Source: an uncultured Candidatus Saccharibacteria bacterium (GTDB taxonomy: Bacteria; Patescibacteriota; Minisyncoccia; UBA6257; UBA11618). Taken from it: a stretch of 8,423 nucleotides of DNA. This document shows positions 5,602 through 8,423 of this stretch, piece by piece. The position numbers and the translations under genes are program-made. Numbering within the stretch: the stretch's first letter is position 1; the number at the start of each line of letters is the position of its first letter. The notes under the pieces were generated by a model. It was not told the DNA's origin. It saw only the letters and a program-made list of their open reading frames with translations, and did no database searches. The DNA lies in NCBI GenBank assembly GCA_964432405.1, contig CAYSNH010000008.1, positions 1 through 8,423 on the forward strand, given 5' to 3'.

Positions 5602-5625
5602 ATTATAATAGGTAAGTCCATTAAA

Positions 5626-6951
5626 TTAAAGGTACTTACGAGGGTCTAGGTCACCACCAGAGGGCATAGGACCGCAGGAGCGACTCCTTCTCATCTTAAA
5701 GGTGCTGCTGTCGTAAACGGTAAAATGGAGGTGGGGACCGGTTGAGTAGCCAGTGCTACCAAGATAACCTATTAAATCACCTCTCTTGATTCTTGTTCCA
5801 GGAGAGACGGCAATGCGAGATAAGTGAGCTGATAAGGTAACTAAGTTATTAGAGTGGCGAATAACTATATACTTACCATACGCTCCCCTACGACAATATT
5901 TATCTTGATCACCAATATTAGTTACAATACCATCCGCTGAAGCTAAAATAGGCGTACCTCCAGGAAAACCAATATCAATACCATTATGCCAGCGACCTCG
6001 GTATCCATAGCGAGCAAATCGAGTGGATCCATAGCCTTGGGTAATGCGCTTGTATCCCCTCTCTACGGGCCAGCTAAGGATTCCTGGGCGTTCGGGTGGT
6101 AGGCCATCTGGATTAATTTGTCGACGAAGAGTGGCTTCTAACTTTTCAACTTCTTTGGCTATATCCTCTTGCCTTTTATTTAGTTTATCGATTTCTTCTT
6201 CATACGACTTGGCTTGGTTTTTAGCCATAGCTAAAAGACTTCTTCTTTCAGATCTTTGTTCTTCCACCAAAGACTTTCTGACCCTAGAGGTCTTATATTC
6301 TTGCTCTACCCCACTTCTTTTTTTGGAAACCTGACCAAGCTGACTATTGAGAGCTTGTTTGAGTAACAGGAGCTCTTTGACATCCCTACTTAAAGCCTTA
6401 TGAAGGTCATTGAGGTCATTAATTTGAGTTAGGCTCTCAGAGAGGCTGAGATTTTTGAGAAAAGAGATTGCTATGTCCTCAGACTCTTTTAAATGAAGTT
6501 CTCGAATTATTTTATAAATAGCTTCGTTTTTCAGCTCCACATCGCTCTTAGTGTTATCAATATCACCATTAAGCGAAGTTATTTCCAAGCCTAATTTATC
6601 GATATTTATCTTGTTGGATTTTAAGCTTAGTTGAAGTTGATTGATCTTATAACTATTACGATTAATTTCTCTAGTTAAAGTTTTCTTCTTCTTTTCGGTT
6701 TTTTGTAAGCTGTCTTGATTTTGTTGAATTTTGCGGTGGATTTCTTTTAGTTCATTAGCTTTAGAGTTAATCTGGTTTTCGAGATCTTGATCGTGAGAAC
6801 CACCAACTGAAATATTATCTCCTCCTACATCCACATAGTCGTTAATATCCTCAGCGTGGAAGTTTTGACACTCAGCGTCATGTTGATGCTCAGCAGCCGA
6901 AACTGGAATAGCGAGGATGAAAAGAAGGATGGTGATTGGTATTATTTTCAT
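5626..6951 (-). CDS. Secreted M23/LytM-family peptidoglycan metalloendopeptidase with an EnvC-like N-terminal coiled coil, 441 aa
   Basis: Track ORF. Signal peptide MKIIPITILLFILAIPVSA with an AxA-like site. About 250 residues of coiled coil. The C-terminal LytM domain has both catalytic motifs intact: RWHNGIDIG (HxxxD, about 5972-5995) and GPHLHFT (HxH, about 5720-5739). The ATG lies 2 nt downstream of the gltX stop. Confidence 0.9.
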   Translation of the reverse strand: MKIIPITILLFILAIPVSAAEHQHDAECQNFHAEDINDYVDVGGDNISVGGSHDQDLENQINSKANELKEIHRKIQQNQDSLQKTEKKKKTLTREINRNSYKINQLQLSLKSNKINIDKLGLEITSLNGDIDNTKSDVELKNEAIYKIIRELHLKESEDIAISFLKNLSLSESLTQINDLNDLHKALSRDVKELLLLKQALNSQLGQVSKKRSGVEQEYKTSRVRKSLVEEQRSERRSLLAMAKNQAKSYEEEIDKLNKRQEDIAKEVEKLEATLRRQINPDGLPPERPGILSWPVERGYKRITQGYGSTRFARYGYRGRWHNGIDIGFPGGTPILASADGIVTNIGDQDKYCRRGAYGKYIVIRHSNNLVTLSAHLSRIAVSPGTRIKRGDLIGYLGSTGYSTGPHLHFTVYDSSTFKMRRSRSCGPMPSGGDLDPRKYL

Positions 6952-6953
6952 AT

Positions 6954-8330
6954 TTAGACAGATAATTTATGAATAGCAATAGTTATTCTTTTTTGCGCCT
7001 CCTCTACTCCTAGAATATCTAAAATATCGGTTGGTCCAGGTGAGGCTTGTTGACCAGATAGAGCTACTCTCAAAGGCCAAAAGATATCCCCTTTCCCCCA
7101 TTGTTTGGCTAAGGATTCAATTTGAATTTCATTAAGATCTTCACCGAGGTCGTTTAGGAGCTGTAGGTTACGCCGAGTATCTTCTTTGGTATTGTTTTTC
7201 CAGATTAAAAGGCTAGCTGGGTAATCAGGTAGTTGATAAAAGAAACTAGCTAATTCATTAAAATCATTTAACTTAACCATGCGGTCTTTTAATAGTTTTA
7301 TTATAGCTAGATTTTGAGTATTAGGTTCTATATCTAAGACATCCGCCATCTCATTGTCATCCATATGACGGAGATATTGGCCATTGATCCAGTTGAGTTT
7401 ATCAACATTAAATATAGCGCCGCCTTTTTGAATGCGATCGAATTCAAACTTCTCAATCATTTCTTGCTTGGTAAATAGCTCTTGATCATCTTTAGGATGC
7501 CAGCCCAATAAAACAAGAAAGTTGAGAAAAGCATCGGCTAAATAACCCTGCTGTTTATATTCTTGAATCGAGGTGGTGGAGTGTCTTTTGGACATCTTCT
7601 TACGATCAGGATCAAGGATTAAGGGTAGGTGGGCGTAGATGGGCTGATCAAAACCTAAGGCTTCTTGAAGAAGTATTTGTTTGGGTGTGTTAGCTAGATG
7701 GTCCTCTCCCCTAATAACGTGAGAGATGTTCATTTCATGATCATCAATTACAACTGCCAAATTATATAAAGGAGTGCGAAAATCTTTAGCTACGATAATA
7801 TCTCCCATTAACTTAGTCTTAAACTTAACCTCTCCTCTAACCAGGTCTTTAAAGGTAACTATTTTATCAGGTACTTTGAAACGCCAAACATGAGGAAGGC
7901 CTTCTTCAATAGATTTTTTTTGAAGAGTGGCTTCAAGACGGCCACATTTGCCGCTGTAACGAGGAGCCAATCCTTGGGTTAGTTGAGCCTGGCGCTCATT
8001 CTCTAAATCTTCCTTAGTACAAAAGCATGGGTAGAGAGCTCTTTTATCTGAAAGGTCTTGGATATATTTTTCATAAACATCAAGTCGGTCTGTTTGTCGA
8101 AAAGGTCCCTCGTCCCAATCAAGTCCTAGCCACTTAAGATTATCAACAATATCTTTTTCAAAACGAGGTTCGGAACGCTCTAGGTCAGTATCTTCTATTC
8201 GTAAGATAAATTTACCATTGTTTTGTTTAGCAAAAATCCAGTTGAATAAAGCGGTGCGGGCGGTGCCGATATGTAAGAAGCCTGTTGGTGAGGGAGCGAT
8301 TCTAACCCTAACTTCTTTAGTGGGTGCCAT
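6954..8330 (-). CDS. gltX: Glutamyl-tRNA synthetase, 458 aa
   Basis: Track ORF. Class I signatures are present: PSPTGFLHIGTARTALFNW (HIGH, 8262-8273) and KMSKR (KMSKS, 7584-7598). Typical GluRS blocks are ILRIEDTD, LYNLAVVIDDHEMNISHVIRGEDH and YLADAFLNFLVLLGW. The zinc-knuckle region reads CFC-x24-CGR, where E. coli has CYC-x24-CRH, so the fourth ligand position is Arg here. Confidence 0.95.
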   Translation of the reverse strand: MAPTKEVRVRIAPSPTGFLHIGTARTALFNWIFAKQNNGKFILRIEDTDLERSEPRFEKDIVDNLKWLGLDWDEGPFRQTDRLDVYEKYIQDLSDKRALYPCFCTKEDLENERQAQLTQGLAPRYSGKCGRLEATLQKKSIEEGLPHVWRFKVPDKIVTFKDLVRGEVKFKTKLMGDIIVAKDFRTPLYNLAVVIDDHEMNISHVIRGEDHLANTPKQILLQEALGFDQPIYAHLPLILDPDRKKMSKRHSTTSIQEYKQQGYLADAFLNFLVLLGWHPKDDQELFTKQEMIEKFEFDRIQKGGAIFNVDKLNWINGQYLRHMDDNEMADVLDIEPNTQNLAIIKLLKDRMVKLNDFNELASFFYQLPDYPASLLIWKNNTKEDTRRNLQLLNDLGEDLNEIQIESLAKQWGKGDIFWPLRVALSGQQASPGPTDILDILGVEEAQKRITIAIHKLSV

Positions 8331-8337
8331 ATCTTCA

Positions 8338-8343
8338 ATTATA
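8338..8343 (-). promoter_or_regulatory. -10 hexamer TATAAT located 7 nt upstream of the gltX ATG
   Basis: The minus strand reads TTTTTCATATAATTGAAGATATG. There is no convincing -35 (best candidates TTTATT or GTTTAT). It lies just downstream of the upstream terminator. This position predicts a leaderless or near-leaderless gltX mRNA. Confidence 0.4.
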
Positions 8344-8374
8344 TGAAAAATAAGGAAAAAATAAACTATTTATT

Positions 8375-8407
8375 CAAAAAATGAAAAACGCCACCGGAGT
8401 GACGCTT
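8375..8407 (-). terminator. Intrinsic terminator of an upstream minus-strand transcript
   Basis: The minus RNA forms AGCGUCAC / GUGGCGUU with loop UCCG, followed by UUUUUCAUUUUUU. Two of the eight stem pairs are G-U on the minus RNA and would be C-A mismatches on the plus RNA, which assigns the strand. Confidence 0.6.
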
Positions 8408-8423
8408 TTCAGTGTACCCGCTT

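Noticed and set aside
5205-5625. Known housekeeping RNAs (RNase P RNA, tmRNA, SRP/4.5S RNA, 6S RNA, tRNA) in the large intergenic region
   Set aside because: I looked on both strands for GAGGAAAGUCC and ACAGAAnCCGGCUUA (RNase P), a GGUUCGA-type T-arm with CCA end (tmRNA, tRNA) and the AGGUCAGG...GGAAGCAGCC SRP domain IV. Only loose resemblances turned up (AAGGAAAGAGG, ACAGAGAACUUACG). A covariance-model search would be needed to rule these out fully.
6044-6334. Track ORF, 96 aa, plus strand
   Set aside because: An antisense shadow inside the coiled-coil part of the M23 peptidase gene.
8331-8386. T-box or other long leader upstream of gltX
   Set aside because: Only about 45 nt separate the upstream terminator from the ATG, which leaves no room for a T-box element.
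1-8423. Alternative genetic code (UGA reassigned, as in some candidate-phyla lineages)
   Set aside because: All ORFs are full length under the standard code with no in-frame TGA needed, and all seven complete ORFs end in TAA. Nothing requires recoding, but the window alone cannot exclude it.
8409-8423. Possible 3' end of another minus-strand CDS (TGA at 8411-8409 in one frame) upstream of the terminator
   Set aside because: Only 15 nt are visible, so the frame cannot be determined. It is not callable as a feature.

Overview
AT-rich bacterial chromosomal DNA (hand count about 33% G+C in a coding stretch), roughly 90% coding and almost all on the minus strand. Reading right to left: an intrinsic terminator from a gene outside the window; gltX (glutamyl-tRNA synthetase, HIGH and KMSKS motifs present); an M23/LytM peptidoglycan metalloendopeptidase with signal peptide, coiled coil and intact catalytic motifs, starting 2 nt after the gltX stop; a 420-bp convergent non-coding region (5205-5625) that is hairpin-dense and partly GC-enriched; a small plus-strand ORF behind a perfect TTGACA-17-TATAAT promoter; and a five-gene minus-strand cluster (4895 to 1, last gene cut by the window edge). 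In that cluster a Cas4/RecB-type PD-(D/E)XK nuclease sits between four orphan proteins that each start with a basic N-terminus and one hydrophobic helix. I found no rRNA, tRNA, CRISPR array or mobile element. The main things to follow up are the nuclease-plus-membrane-protein cluster as a candidate undescribed envelope-associated DNA-processing or defence module, the nuclease's unusual four-cysteine insertion, -10-like hexamers 7-9 nt upstream of most start codons with no Shine-Dalgarno sequences (suggesting leaderless expression), and a GGA/GAGG-rich structured RNA candidate downstream of the consensus promoter. The gene content, orphan membrane proteins and lack of SD would fit a reduced-genome lineage such as CPR/Patescibacteria, but I cannot verify that without searches. 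All functional calls come from motif recognition by eye.
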